Positions 1-7,698 of a DNA stretch of 64,000 nt are shown here, piece by piece. A program made the translations under genes and the position numbers. Each line of letters starts with the position of its first letter. Within the stretch, counting starts at the first letter, position 1. This DNA comes from a virus: the IMG/VR virus record IMGVR_UViG_3300009164_000039; one strand, 5' to 3'. The notes under the pieces are model-generated. The model saw nothing but the letters and a program-made list of their open reading frames with translations, was not told the origin of the DNA and did not search any database.

Positions 1-1980
1 GCCCAAGTTGGGATAATCCTCGTGGTCAATAAACAACCGCCAAACACCGCCAGGCGGCACAAGTTCATCTACTGTAAAAACTTCAATATTCTGTGGTCCA
101 AGGCCTCTGTTGTCTGTGCCAATCTCCACACCAAATGTAGCAGTTGGGTCAAGTTCATATCCAGGTAATTTAACATAGTTGTTGTCGTCACCTAGGAACA
201 GGTCATTAGCGGGTGGATTACTGTTACTGCCGTCAAACCCAATGTGAAAGTGTCCTGCTACTCCCGGACCTTCCATGTTGGTACCAATGGCCAAATTGCC
301 TCTAGTGGTGGCCAGTATCAGTCCATCACTGTTTGTGATAGTGTCTGCGTCAAATGTAAAGTTTCCAGTGTTGGCATTGCCTCCACCACCTAGCACACTC
401 TGTCCACTGCTGTTTAGGATGTCACCACCCGCTGGTAATGTTAGGTTGCCGGTCACATCAAACAACCATTCAACGTGTCCGTCATGTGCGGCATTCTTTA
501 GTTGTAGATGTGCTCTGTGATTGGCAGTGGTGTAATCACTACCGTCTTTGTCAAAGTAGAAGTAACTGGTGTTGTTGTCGTTGATCTCACCGTAGCTGAT
601 ACCAATCCAGTCAGCATCAGATCCGGTGCGGAACTCTAGGCCTGTGTAAGGAGCTTCTAGTGCTCCTATCTGTCCATTGTTGTTGGGCAAGTTCAAGATG
701 CCATTGTTATCAAAGGTCCAGGTTTTTGCAGGATTGCTATTGTCCTGGTATGCGGATATCTGGATGGTGCTACCCGATCCTTCTCGATTCTGTAGGATCT
801 GCGAAGCTATGTTTCCACTGTTGTAGAGCATGGTGGAGCCTAGCGCCACACCGCCAGATGGTGCTATGAATCCTGCTGTGCCTGTTTCGTAGCCTGAATC
901 CAGGATCAGGCTTCCGTATGGCATTGCAAGATTACCAGTATTGTCAAACTTCCAACTCCACTCACCTGTTGCGATTGCTGTAACCGAGGTATTGGCAAAT
1001 AATCCATTAACGGTCATGTTGGTGTTAAGAGATCCTACTGCAACACTCCAGTCCGTTGATTCTTGTGTTTGACCGGCTTGTGTGAATCCAATGGTAATCT
1101 GTCCTTGAGCGTCCAGACCAACTGTGTACATGCTGTCAATGTTGGGAGTCTGACTGACCATGCCAGCAAAGTTGACATCGCCATATTGCACATAATTAAA
1201 GCCTTCTACACCTGCATAGACCAAGCCAGAGTCGATTTGATCGCCTTTGTTAAAGATGCTACGGAATTCGCCGTAGCCTGATCCCATGTAAACTTCACCG
1301 GTTGCGATGTCTCCTTCACCAACAGTTGTGATGTCAGTGCCCAGTGTTGGAATAGCAGGATCGCCTGGATTTTTGTTAAAAGAGAAATTGTAATCTGGCG
1401 AAGTGATTGCTCCGCCTGCTGGTAGGGTTAATATGCCAGTGTTGCCAAAGGTCCACGTGCCTGCATCGGTGCTGATCTGTACAGCACTATTGGCGTCGGT
1501 TGCCTCAATAGACAATGGTGCGGCATTTGCGGCATTTGCGGATCTAGGTATAGTGATAGAACTGTAGCCTTCACCGCCAGGTATTAGGACTATGTCGTAG
1601 CCGCCTTTGCCGCCTGCGTCATCGGTGGTGCTTATAAAGGCTCGATCTTGATCGGTGTCAAATATAAACTTGCCAAGGTCTGCACCACCACCTGAATTGT
1701 TATCATTTGCCCAGGCCAGTGTTGAGCCACTTGCAGGCCACTTGAGTACCTGACCTGTTGTGCCCACAGTGTTGGGCATTGCAAATGCAGGTAAAACCAA
1801 GTTTCCACCCGAATCAACCTGTACTGTGTGTCCGTTATTCTGTAGGCTGTTTGTGCCTGCGGCACCGCCTGCTGTGCGTCCAACCCATTTTACCCCGTCC
1901 CAGAGATAGGTAGTGCCGTTGGCACTGTATTCTGTCACCCCAGCTACAAGGTTAGTTGTTGGAAAGTTTAATGCAGCCAT
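1..1980 (-). CDS. Tail fibre/virion structural protein, 3'-truncated by the window edge
   Basis: Read manually: ATG at 1980 (MAALNFPTTNLVAGVTEYSANGTTYLWDGVKW), still in frame at base 1. Gly/Thr/Asn-rich with repeated W-x-F-x-x-T-G-x-L-x-x-P motifs. TAAATA late-promoter core upstream (~2002-2007). Confidence 0.75.
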   Translation of the reverse strand, partial: MAALNFPTTNLVAGVTEYSANGTTYLWDGVKWVGRTAGGAAGTNSLQNNGHTVQVDSGGNLVLPAFAMPNTVGTTGQVLKWPASGSTLAWANDNNSGGGADLGKFIFDTDQDRAFISTTDDAGGKGGYDIVLIPGGEGYSSITIPRSANAANAAPLSIEATDANSAVQISTDAGTWTFGNTGILTLPAGGAITSPDYNFSFNKNPGDPAIPTLGTDITTVGEGDIATGEVYMGSGYGEFRSIFNKGDQIDSGLVYAGVEGFNYVQYGDVNFAGMVSQTPNIDSMYTVGLDAQGQITIGFTQAGQTQESTDWSVAVGSLNTNMTVNGLFANTSVTAIATGEWSWKFDNTGNLAMPYGSLILDSGYETGTAGFIAPSGGVALGSTMLYNSGNIASQILQNREGSGSTIQISAYQDNSNPAKTWTFDNNGILNLPNNNGQIGALEAPYTGLEFRTGSDADWIGISYGEINDNNTSYFYFDKDGSDYTTANHRAHLQLKNAAHDGHVEWLFDVTGNLTLPAGGDILNSSGQSVLGGGGNANTGNFTFDADTITNSDGLILATTRGNLAIGTNMEGPGVAGHFHIGFDGSNSNPPANDLFLGDDNNYVKLPGYELDPTATFGVEIGTDNRGLGPQNIEVFTVDELVPPGGVWRLFIDHEDYPNLG

Positions 1981-2016
1981 TTTTGTTTGTCCTTATTCTT
2001 GTATTTACCGTTTTTG

Positions 2017-3261
2017 TTAATCGTAATAGTTCTGGAACATATAGCTCTGTCCATTGGGAGTGGTGTTCACTGTGGTGCCCACGCATTGTCCTTGTACCAG
2101 CCAGGTTCCCACTGTGTCAAACGCTATTGCTTTGAAACGAATATAGCTGCCAGTGCGGGCATGATGCTGTCCCAGGAACAGATAGTTTGCATCTGCCACA
2201 CCCGCGGTGGCTGTGTGTAATCTTCCTTGGGTGCTGTTGTCCACTCCCACAAACAACGAACCCACAAACTGATCAGTTGTGCCTCTGCTGCCAGTGTAGA
2301 ATGCCTGTATGTAGATCTGCCCTGAATCCCCAGAGAAATAAAACTCAAATTCTGTGCCTAACAAGTTGGCTGTGATCTGTGGCAGTCTAAAGAGACTGTT
2401 GCCACCTGCTATTGTGATCAACTCACCTGCTTGAGCCGGGGTCAATTGTTGGAAAGCACCAGAAGCGTAGGTAGCGCCTATGCTGTCAATGGTTGATATA
2501 GCAGGACTTGCATCCACCCAGGCGTTGTTGTAGCGCAGATACAAGCGTCCTTCTTCGGTGTCCCACCAAAGGCTACCTGTGCGGTTAACAATGGGTGGAT
2601 TTGTGTCCACTGTGACATTTGCTCCTGTGCCAGTTAATACTATACTGCCCACGTTGGCATCTAGTCTTGCTATTTTAGTGTTAGCATAGGTTCGATATGC
2701 GTTAAAGTTTGTGGTTATTGTTGCGGCATTGGCATTGGCATAAGTTTTGTATGCGTTGAAGTTTGTGGTTATTGTTGCGGCGTTGGAATTTAGAGTTGCA
2801 ACATTGGAAGTTAGTGTTCCAATACTAACTCCAACGTTAGTAGCAAATCCTTCAAGGTCTCCTAGAAGACTATCAAAATCAGTTTTCAGTTGTGCAACAT
2901 TGGCAGTGAGTTCAACAACAGAAAGATCAGTAACACTAGGACTTGCATCTACCCAGGCATTGGAATAGCGTATGTAGGTGCGTCCACCTTCACTGTCGTA
3001 CCACAGTGTGCCTGTTGTTGATACAGTAGGAGGCGTATTGCCAACTGTGATGCTGGTGTTGGCTACTAGATTTGCTATGGCCAATACCTGCTGATTGGTT
3101 GCAAGCACCGTGCCACCTGTTGTGGTGCCATTGTACACCCGCAGAGTATTAAGATCTGTGTCTAGTACAATTTCGCCTCGCACACCATCGTATGCACTGG
3201 CCACAGCAGTGTTGCCACGACCTACCAGTATTTTTTTAATTTGTATGTTTGCCGCGGTCAT
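2017..3261 (-). CDS. Tail fibre/virion structural protein (414 aa)
   Basis: N-terminal GEIVLDTDLNTLRVYNGTTTGG fibre motif; two G(T/S)LW(Y/W)D..GR.Y.RY.NAWVDASP repeats; coiled-coil tandem repeat. Confidence 0.7.
   Translation of the reverse strand: MTAANIQIKKILVGRGNTAVASAYDGVRGEIVLDTDLNTLRVYNGTTTGGTVLATNQQVLAIANLVANTSITVGNTPPTVSTTGTLWYDSEGGRTYIRYSNAWVDASPSVTDLSVVELTANVAQLKTDFDSLLGDLEGFATNVGVSIGTLTSNVATLNSNAATITTNFNAYKTYANANAATITTNFNAYRTYANTKIARLDANVGSIVLTGTGANVTVDTNPPIVNRTGSLWWDTEEGRLYLRYNNAWVDASPAISTIDSIGATYASGAFQQLTPAQAGELITIAGGNSLFRLPQITANLLGTEFEFYFSGDSGQIYIQAFYTGSRGTTDQFVGSLFVGVDNSTQGRLHTATAGVADANYLFLGQHHARTGSYIRFKAIAFDTVGTWLVQGQCVGTTVNTTPNGQSYMFQNYYD
2690..2790 (-). repeat. Intragenic ~54-bp tandem duplication (NAATITTNFNAY[K/R]TYAN x2)
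   Basis: Two near-identical copies visible in DNA and protein; boundaries approximate. Confidence 0.85.
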
Positions 3262-3264
3262 ATT

Positions 3265-3759
3265 TTATATTTCTCCAGCATCAATAATGCCATCTTCAAG
3301 AGTTGCACCCACTGGCATGTTGTTGTAATAGCCTGCCAACACTTGCACAGGCAGTCTTGCACTGTAATTGTCGTCAATGTACAGTGGAGTTTCTTTGTTG
3401 GTGGTCAGGTCAATCAATTTGACTGTGAACTCATAGTGGCGTTGATCCAGCGAATTCACAACGTCTTTGGGGATGGTAAACACGCCCAGTCCCCGATTTT
3501 GGGTTATGAAATTCACAGTAAATGCTTCCACTGTGATGGCATTTTCTGGATCCTGTATGTCTACTTGCACATCGTAGCCAGTTAGATCAACACCTTTTTG
3601 ATCCTGATTTTTAGTCACAATGTGAATAGGGTTATCAATACCCTGGTATATTTTTATTGTTCTGCTGTACACGATCCTGTTCCTCGTAGAGAAGATGGCT
3701 GGATCTATGACCTGAATTTCTAGGATATTTTTGTAAGAAAACGTTTCAATTGTTTGCAT
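3265..3759 (-). CDS. Hypothetical virion protein, possibly BppU-like baseplate upper domain
   Basis: ORF track 3265..3798. Start moved to MQTIETF because a TAAATA late promoter lies inside the longer N-terminus. IYQGIDN...VDLTG motif. Confidence 0.55.
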   Translation of the reverse strand: MQTIETFSYKNILEIQVIDPAIFSTRNRIVYSRTIKIYQGIDNPIHIVTKNQDQKGVDLTGYDVQVDIQDPENAITVEAFTVNFITQNRGLGVFTIPKDVVNSLDQRHYEFTVKLIDLTTNKETPLYIDDNYSARLPVQVLAGYYNNMPVGATLEDGIIDAGEI

Positions 3760-3813
3760 AGGATACTGTCGCCATCTGTATCCTATATTTATGGGCAAAC
3801 AATAATACTTGGC

Positions 3814-4371
3814 TTAGGCAGTGTACCGGTAGTTGACCATGATTCCCCAGCTTTCTTGCTGGCGAATATCGCTGGTGTCTGCATCAAAGTTCACTGCATG
3901 CAGGCTAGCACCGTTGCCTAAATGGAACTTGGCCACAGGATCTTTGCGTGATGCAATGAACTCTCGCACTTGTTCTTCTGTAGGAGGTGCATCAAAATGC
4001 TTGCGCAGACTAGGTACAGGGCTCAATGTGTAGAAGTTTTGCACACCTTGTGCGCTGAAATGTCCCACAGCTTCTTTCAATGCTCTAGCACCCACACCCA
4101 ACAAGGCATCAGGTAGTCGAAAGATTGTGTAAAACATGGCAGTGAGACCTTCATCTTTGCTGTCCACAAAGATACCTTTCATGCTTTGCACTAGATCGTC
4201 ACCCACACGTGTGCAAATCATGCATTGATTTTTATCTTCTTCTTCATACATCAGCACAGTGCGTGTGCCCACAGTACGTGTTTCCTTATCAATAGTTGGA
4301 TGCACAGGGTCATGTGCAATTAGCTCTAACCAAGAGCGATCAAATTTTTCAGAGTTGGATGGAATAATCAT
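3814..4371 (-). CDS. Malonyl-CoA decarboxylase catalytic (C-terminal, GNAT-fold) domain, stand-alone
   Basis: Motifs AMFYTI, FYTLSPVP and DPVAKFHLGNGASLHAVNFDAD...WGIMVNYRY match MCD signatures. The start at 4371 follows an AAGGA SD and a TAAATA promoter; the ORF-track start at 4413 overlaps a terminator. Confidence 0.85.
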   Translation of the reverse strand: MIIPSNSEKFDRSWLELIAHDPVHPTIDKETRTVGTRTVLMYEEEDKNQCMICTRVGDDLVQSMKGIFVDSKDEGLTAMFYTIFRLPDALLGVGARALKEAVGHFSAQGVQNFYTLSPVPSLRKHFDAPPTEEQVREFIASRKDPVAKFHLGNGASLHAVNFDADTSDIRQQESWGIMVNYRYTA

Positions 4372-4413
4372 GGCATTTCCTTGAGGCATTATATGCGTAT
4401 TTATTACGGCCAT

Positions 4414-4433
4414 AAAAAAAGGACCGAAGTCCT
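4414..4433 (-). terminator. Intrinsic terminator ending the tRNA cluster
   Basis: AGGAC-TTCG-GTCCT hairpin followed by a T tract. Confidence 0.85.
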
Positions 4434-4441
4434 GGCTATAG

Positions 4442-4517
4442 TGGTCTCTCTGAGCTGAGTTGAACAGCTATCTAAACTTTAGGAGAGTCTTGTTCTATCC
4501 TATTGAACTACAGAGAG
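4442..4517 (-). tRNA. tRNA-Arg(CCU)
   Basis: Cloverleaf, loop CT-CCT-AA, encoded CCA. Confidence 0.9.
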
Positions 4518-4522
4518 TATGT

Positions 4523-4614
4523 TGGCGGAAGACGGAGGAGTCGAACCCCATCCCTGTTAAGAGAACCTGGTTTTCAAGGCCAGTCGCAGGACCAACCCCG
4601 CTGCATCATCTTCC
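4523..4614 (-). tRNA. tRNA-Ser(UGA)
   Basis: Cloverleaf with long variable arm, loop CT-TGA-AA, CCA. Confidence 0.9.
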
Positions 4615-4620
4615 ATTGAT

Positions 4621-4694
4621 TGGCGTACCCCCAGAGACTCGAACTCCGACGAACAGTTTTGGAGACTGCTATGCTGCCATTACATTAGGGATAC
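4621..4694 (-). tRNA. tRNA-Trp(CCA)
   Basis: Loop CT-CCA-AA, TTCGA T-loop, CCA. Confidence 0.92.
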
Positions 4695-4699
4695 ATTAT

Positions 4700-4775
4700 T
4701 GGTTGCGGGACTTGGATTTGAACCAAGGATGGCAAAGGCTTATGAGACCTCGCTGGTGACCGGACCCTTCCCGCG
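4700..4775 (-). tRNA. tRNA-Met(CAU), probably initiator-type
   Basis: Loop CT-CAT-AA; C1:A72 mismatch typical of fMet; anticodon stem lacks the full 3 G-C pairs. Confidence 0.85.
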
Positions 4776-4783
4776 ATAGATTC

Positions 4784-4857
4784 TATACTGAAACACACTC
4801 ACCCGAATGGACATATCCTGAGTTCCGCCTGCTGTCGGAAGTGTGTTTTAGTATAGT
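4784..4857 (-). ncRNA. Hairpin-closed small RNA module of unknown function
   Basis: 17-bp terminal inverted repeat ctatactgaaacacact / agtgtgttttagtatag with ~40 nt interior; boundaries approximate. Confidence 0.5.
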
Positions 4858-5742
4858 GGAGGACTGAGAATACATCTCTCCCATAAGCACCTCAAGCATT
4901 ATTACTAGCCTTGCGAGCCAGCTTTCTCTTGACTTCCACTAGGGTCCTTGCGGATCTCCCAGTCTGCTTACAGCATCGCCGTTTTTAACGTCAGGCAGTA
5001 GACGTGTCATCATATGCTATTCTGCGGATTCCATTCCGTTAGCCTTGCGAGCTATTCAGGTGCGCTAACACCTTACGAACCCCCCTCCACAAACTAATGT
5101 CACCTTGCGAGCTTCATTAGACTTGATTCACTTGCGTGTCAAGTATTAGATACTTTTCACATATGACCGAGGCAGTCTTTGCGTTTTTGTAATGATAGTC
5201 AGGATTTGAACCCGACTGCATCCAGCTTAAAAGGCTAGCGTTCAACCATTGAACTTTATCAACCTACCGTGATGAGCTACCTCTGTTGCTACATAATCTT
5301 TTGGACTACATAATACAACTCACCACATACCTTTCCTCTTGCGGAGTAATCAGTGATGTTTCACGACCAGTGTCCTGCATTGCTACAGTCCACCACCCAT
5401 TAACATTGCACACGAGCCCTTGGGTGCAAACCCTCGAACCAATGCACTACCCTTTCTCATACCAGCTGACTGATTGGTTTTGTTGGGAAGTCAGCACCAC
5501 CTGTTACTTTTCATGCACCCTGGTTCCCTTGCAGGCCAGTCGACGCACATTCTTTCCCCAACATCAGCTTTGCTGTTACAACCACCGGTCTTATCAGTGA
5601 TCGCTACCTCGCGATAGTGAGCAGGCTTGTTTACATGAACCATTGCTGGCGCAGGAGTGTAGGACTCATCTGCTTTGGGTGGGTCACCCCACTTATTCTT
5701 CGTACACTAGCAAGCTAGCATACAGGACAATAAACTGCCCCG
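4857..5742 (-). ncRNA. Large ornate structured RNA, GOLLD-like
   Basis: ~0.9 kb with no credible sense ORF; six C-GCAA-G hairpin loops (4910, 4947, 5044, 5104, 5131, 5338) plus further GNRA loops; inside a phage tRNA cluster; own consensus promoter; embedded tRNA-like domain. Family assignment is by resemblance, not a covariance-model search. Confidence 0.7.
5193..5261 (-). tRNA. tRNA-Lys(UUU)-like domain embedded in the GOLLD-like RNA (no CCA)
   Basis: D arm gttc/gaac, anticodon arm ctagc-CTTTTAA-gctgg, T arm tcggg-TTCAAAT-cctga, short acceptor tgata/tatca, no 3' CCA. Confidence 0.75.
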
Positions 5743-5805
5743 AAATCTTTATGCAATTGAACACTGTATGCACATTTGTATAAAGACTTGTTAACCTAAG
5801 CATCT

Positions 5806-5834
5806 ATTATAAGACACTTTTTATTTGTTGTCAA
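5806..5834 (-). promoter_or_regulatory. Sigma70-type promoter for the GOLLD-like RNA
   Basis: TTGACA-17 bp-TATAAT, perfect consensus. Confidence 0.88.
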
Positions 5835-5865
5835 TATATTTTGAGCAAAGTCCTAAAAATACATT

Positions 5866-5941
5866 TGGTAGGGCCACCCGGACTCGAACCGGGAACTGGC
5901 AGATTAAAAGTCTGCTGTGATAACCATTTCACCATAACCCC
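5866..5941 (-). tRNA. tRNA-Lys(UUU)
   Basis: Loop CT-TTT-AA, CCA. Confidence 0.93.
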
Positions 5942-5946
5942 GTATA

Positions 5947-6022
5947 TGGTCCCTGCGGCCGGAATCGAACCGGCAACCTTCTGATTAAGAGTCAGTTGCG
6001 CTACCTATTGCGCCACACAGGG
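5947..6022 (-). tRNA. tRNA-Lys(CUU)
   Basis: Loop CT-CTT-AA, CCA. Confidence 0.93.
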
Positions 6023-6083
6023 TTGTTCGTAATTTTTTGATTTTACGTGCCAACCCTAGACCAATACGGGATCTAGAGCGACA

Positions 6084-6104
6084 CTAGAGTTTACCTCGTT
6101 TCAT
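6084..6104 (-). CDS. Putative mini leader ORF MKRGKL followed by a hairpin
   Basis: GGAG SD (6111-6114), ATG AAA CGA GGT AAA CTC TAG, then a tgtcg/tggca + ctagatc/ggtctag stem. Confidence 0.45.
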   Translation of the reverse strand: MKRGKL

Positions 6105-6132
6105 GTCATTCTCCTTTGAATTAAAAACTTAC

Positions 6133-6206
6133 TGGTGCTCAAGTACAGAATCGAACTGTTGACTGCTCCTTACCATGGAGCCGTTATACCACTTAACTAC
6201 AAGAGC
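6133..6206 (-). tRNA. tRNA-Thr(GGU)
   Basis: gctcc-ATGGTAA-ggagc; unusual A32; CCA. Confidence 0.88.
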
Positions 6207-6207
6207 T

Positions 6208-6283
6208 TGGTGGAAGTGGTGAGACTCGAACTCACGATAGACACCGTATGAAGGTGGCGCATTAGCCGCTATGCTACACTTCC
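6208..6283 (-). tRNA. tRNA with CAU anticodon (elongator Met or Ile2)
   Basis: Loop TT-CAT-AC, CCA. Confidence 0.88.
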
Positions 6284-6287
6284 AGAC

Positions 6288-6365
6288 TGGAGCAACGGAC
6301 AGGATTTGAACCTGTGGTTTTCGGGATTTGCAATCCCGTGCATTGGGCCACTCTGCCACCGTTGC
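6288..6365 (-). tRNA. tRNA-Cys(GCA)
   Basis: cggga-TTGCAAA-tcccg, discriminator U, CCA. Confidence 0.92.
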
Positions 6366-6371
6366 ATTTGT

Positions 6372-6447
6372 TGGAGCGGGCGATCGGGTTCGAACCGACG
6401 ACATTTACCTTGGCAAGGTAATGCTCTACCAACTGAGCTACGCCCGC
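6372..6447 (-). tRNA. tRNA-Gly(GCC)
   Basis: ttacc-TTGCCAA-ggtaa, CCA. Confidence 0.95.
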
Positions 6448-6452
6448 ATAAA

Positions 6453-6655
6453 TTAGTGCCTAGCTACTCACACCACATGAGCCCTAGACTGAGCAGTTTA
6501 CTCTGTCTCACGTTACTGTCGTTTGGTCCAGCTATCGTCAACCCGAGATATTTTCCGTACTCCTGAGATGAAGTCGTGTGGTAAGATCTCGCGCACCAAG
6601 TCCGTCGTTATGGCAAGGGACCACTCGCCCACTTTAATAACCGTAAAGTGTAACG
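6453..6655 (-). ncRNA. ~200-nt structured non-tRNA RNA (possibly manA-motif-like)
   Basis: Long-range pairing tggtgc/gcacta and cttaccaca/tgtggtgtgag closes a multistem domain, with extra 5' hairpins. Family name is a recollection-level guess. Confidence 0.5.
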
Positions 6656-6662
6656 GAGTTTT

Positions 6663-6738
6663 TGGCTCCACAGGGTGGGCTCGAACCACCGACCAAATGA
6701 TTAACAGTCATCTACTCTACCGACTGAGCTACTGCGGA
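6663..6738 (-). tRNA. tRNA-Asn(GUU)
   Basis: Loop CT-GTT-AA, CCA. Confidence 0.95.
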
Positions 6739-6745
6739 ATAAACT

Positions 6746-6835
6746 TGGCGGAACGAAAGAGACTCGAACTCTTAAACCGGGATTAACCGATCGACGGTTT
6801 AGCAAACCGCTCCAATACCATTATGGGACCGTTCC
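6746..6835 (-). tRNA. tRNA-Ser(GCU)
   Basis: Loop TT-GCT-AA, long variable arm, CCA. Confidence 0.92.
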
Positions 6836-6845
6836 TTGTATTACT

Positions 6846-6874
6846 ATTATATAGCAACTGTGCATGCATGTCAA
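6846..6874 (-). promoter_or_regulatory. Sigma70-type promoter internal to the tRNA cluster
   Basis: TTGACA-17 bp-TATAAT, perfect consensus. Confidence 0.88.
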
Positions 6875-6882
6875 CTATATTC

Positions 6883-6958
6883 TGGTGTTTCCTAGTGGGC
6901 TTGAACCACTGACCTTTAGGATGTCGACCTAGTGCTCTACCAGCTGAGCTAAGGAAAC
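6883..6958 (-). tRNA. tRNA-Val(GAC)
   Basis: Loop TC-GAC-AT (non-canonical C33), CCA. Confidence 0.85.
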
Positions 6959-6959
6959 C

Positions 6960-7038
6960 TGGTACCCTGTCTCTGATTCGAACAGAGAGAACTCTTCCTT
7001 TTGAGAGAAGCGACTTTACCTAATTTGTCCAACAGGGC
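6960..7038 (-). tRNA. tRNA-Leu(CAA)
   Basis: cttct-CTCAAAA-ggaag, short variable region, CCA. Confidence 0.87.
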
Positions 7039-7044
7039 ATTGTG

Positions 7045-7120
7045 TGGTACCAAGAGTTGGACTCGAACCAACCACACCTAGTGCTTCAAACTAGTGCTCT
7101 ACCTGATGAGCTATCTTGGC
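7045..7120 (-). tRNA. tRNA-Phe(GAA)
   Basis: ctagt-TTGAAGC-actag, CCA. Confidence 0.92.
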
Positions 7121-7127
7121 ATTATCT

Positions 7128-7186
7128 TAGGGACGCCGGCTCAGCTTGGTCGTTTAAGACACGCAGGACATCTGCGTGGCTCCCTA
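7128..7186 (-). ncRNA. Small three-way RNA with TCTTAAACGACCAAGC core (copy 1; possibly Acido-Lenti-1-like)
   Basis: Closing stem tagggagcc/ggcgtcccta, hairpin cacgcag/ctgcgtg; core shared with the 8009-8069 element. Confidence 0.6.
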
Positions 7187-7192
7187 TAAAAT

Positions 7193-7267
7193 TGGGTTGA
7201 GGTACGAGGATCGAACTCGTGATAGCGGAATCACAACCCGCGGTTTTGCCACTAAACTAACCTCAAC
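7193..7267 (-). tRNA. tRNA-His(GUG)
   Basis: Loop TT-GTG-AT, encoded G-1 opposite C73, CCA. Confidence 0.93.
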
Positions 7268-7273
7268 ATTGTC

Positions 7274-7348
7274 TGGCCGGTCCTGCAGGAATCGAACCCA
7301 CACCGCTTGGTTCGAAGCCAAGCATTCTATCCATTGAACTAAGGACCG
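7274..7348 (-). tRNA. tRNA-Arg(UCG)
   Basis: cttgg-CTTCGAA-ccaag, CCA. Confidence 0.93.
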
Positions 7349-7355
7349 AATATGT

Positions 7356-7429
7356 TGGCACGGGAACTAGGGATCGAACCTAGGACGACAGAGTCAAAGT
7401 CTGTTGTGTTACCTCTACACCATTCCCGA
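7356..7429 (-). tRNA. tRNA-Gln(UUG)
   Basis: acaga-CTTTGAC-tctgt, CCA. Confidence 0.92.
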
Positions 7430-7436
7430 ACAGATC

Positions 7437-7513
7437 TGGTGCGACCAGAGAGATTCGAACTCCCCACCCCAACGTTCGTAGCGTTGTACTCTATCCAAAT
7501 GAGCTATGGTCGC
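7437..7513 (-). tRNA. tRNA-Arg(ACG)
   Basis: caacg-CTACGAA-cgttg, CCA. Confidence 0.93.
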
Positions 7514-7520
7514 ATAATTA

Positions 7521-7570
7521 GTGCTAGATTGTTTACTGCACAACCTAGCAAAGCAGGGGTCTGTAAACTG
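7521..7570 (-). ncRNA. Compact putative H-type pseudoknot RNA
   Basis: P1 gttta/taaac plus ctgc/gcag; loop tgctagg complementary to 3' tail tctagca. Confidence 0.45.
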
Positions 7571-7614
7571 CATATAACTTATCACATTGTACTCCATATG
7601 CAAGGGAGAGTGCT

Positions 7615-7689
7615 TGGTATCCTGCACGGGTATCGATCCCGTTCCTACACCTTGAAAGGGTATTGATCTAGCCAGTAATCTAGCAGGAT
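7615..7689 (-). tRNA. tRNA-Glu(UUC), atypical copy
   Basis: atacc-CTTTCAA-ggtgt; T-loop reads ATCGATA (A at 54); CCA. Confidence 0.8.
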
Positions 7690-7698
7690 GTATTGAAT

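Noticed and set aside
4857-5742. Group I/II intron or rRNA fragment interpretation of the large structured RNA
   Set aside because: There are no flanking exons, no recognisable P7 or domain V core, and no rRNA signature; it has its own promoter.
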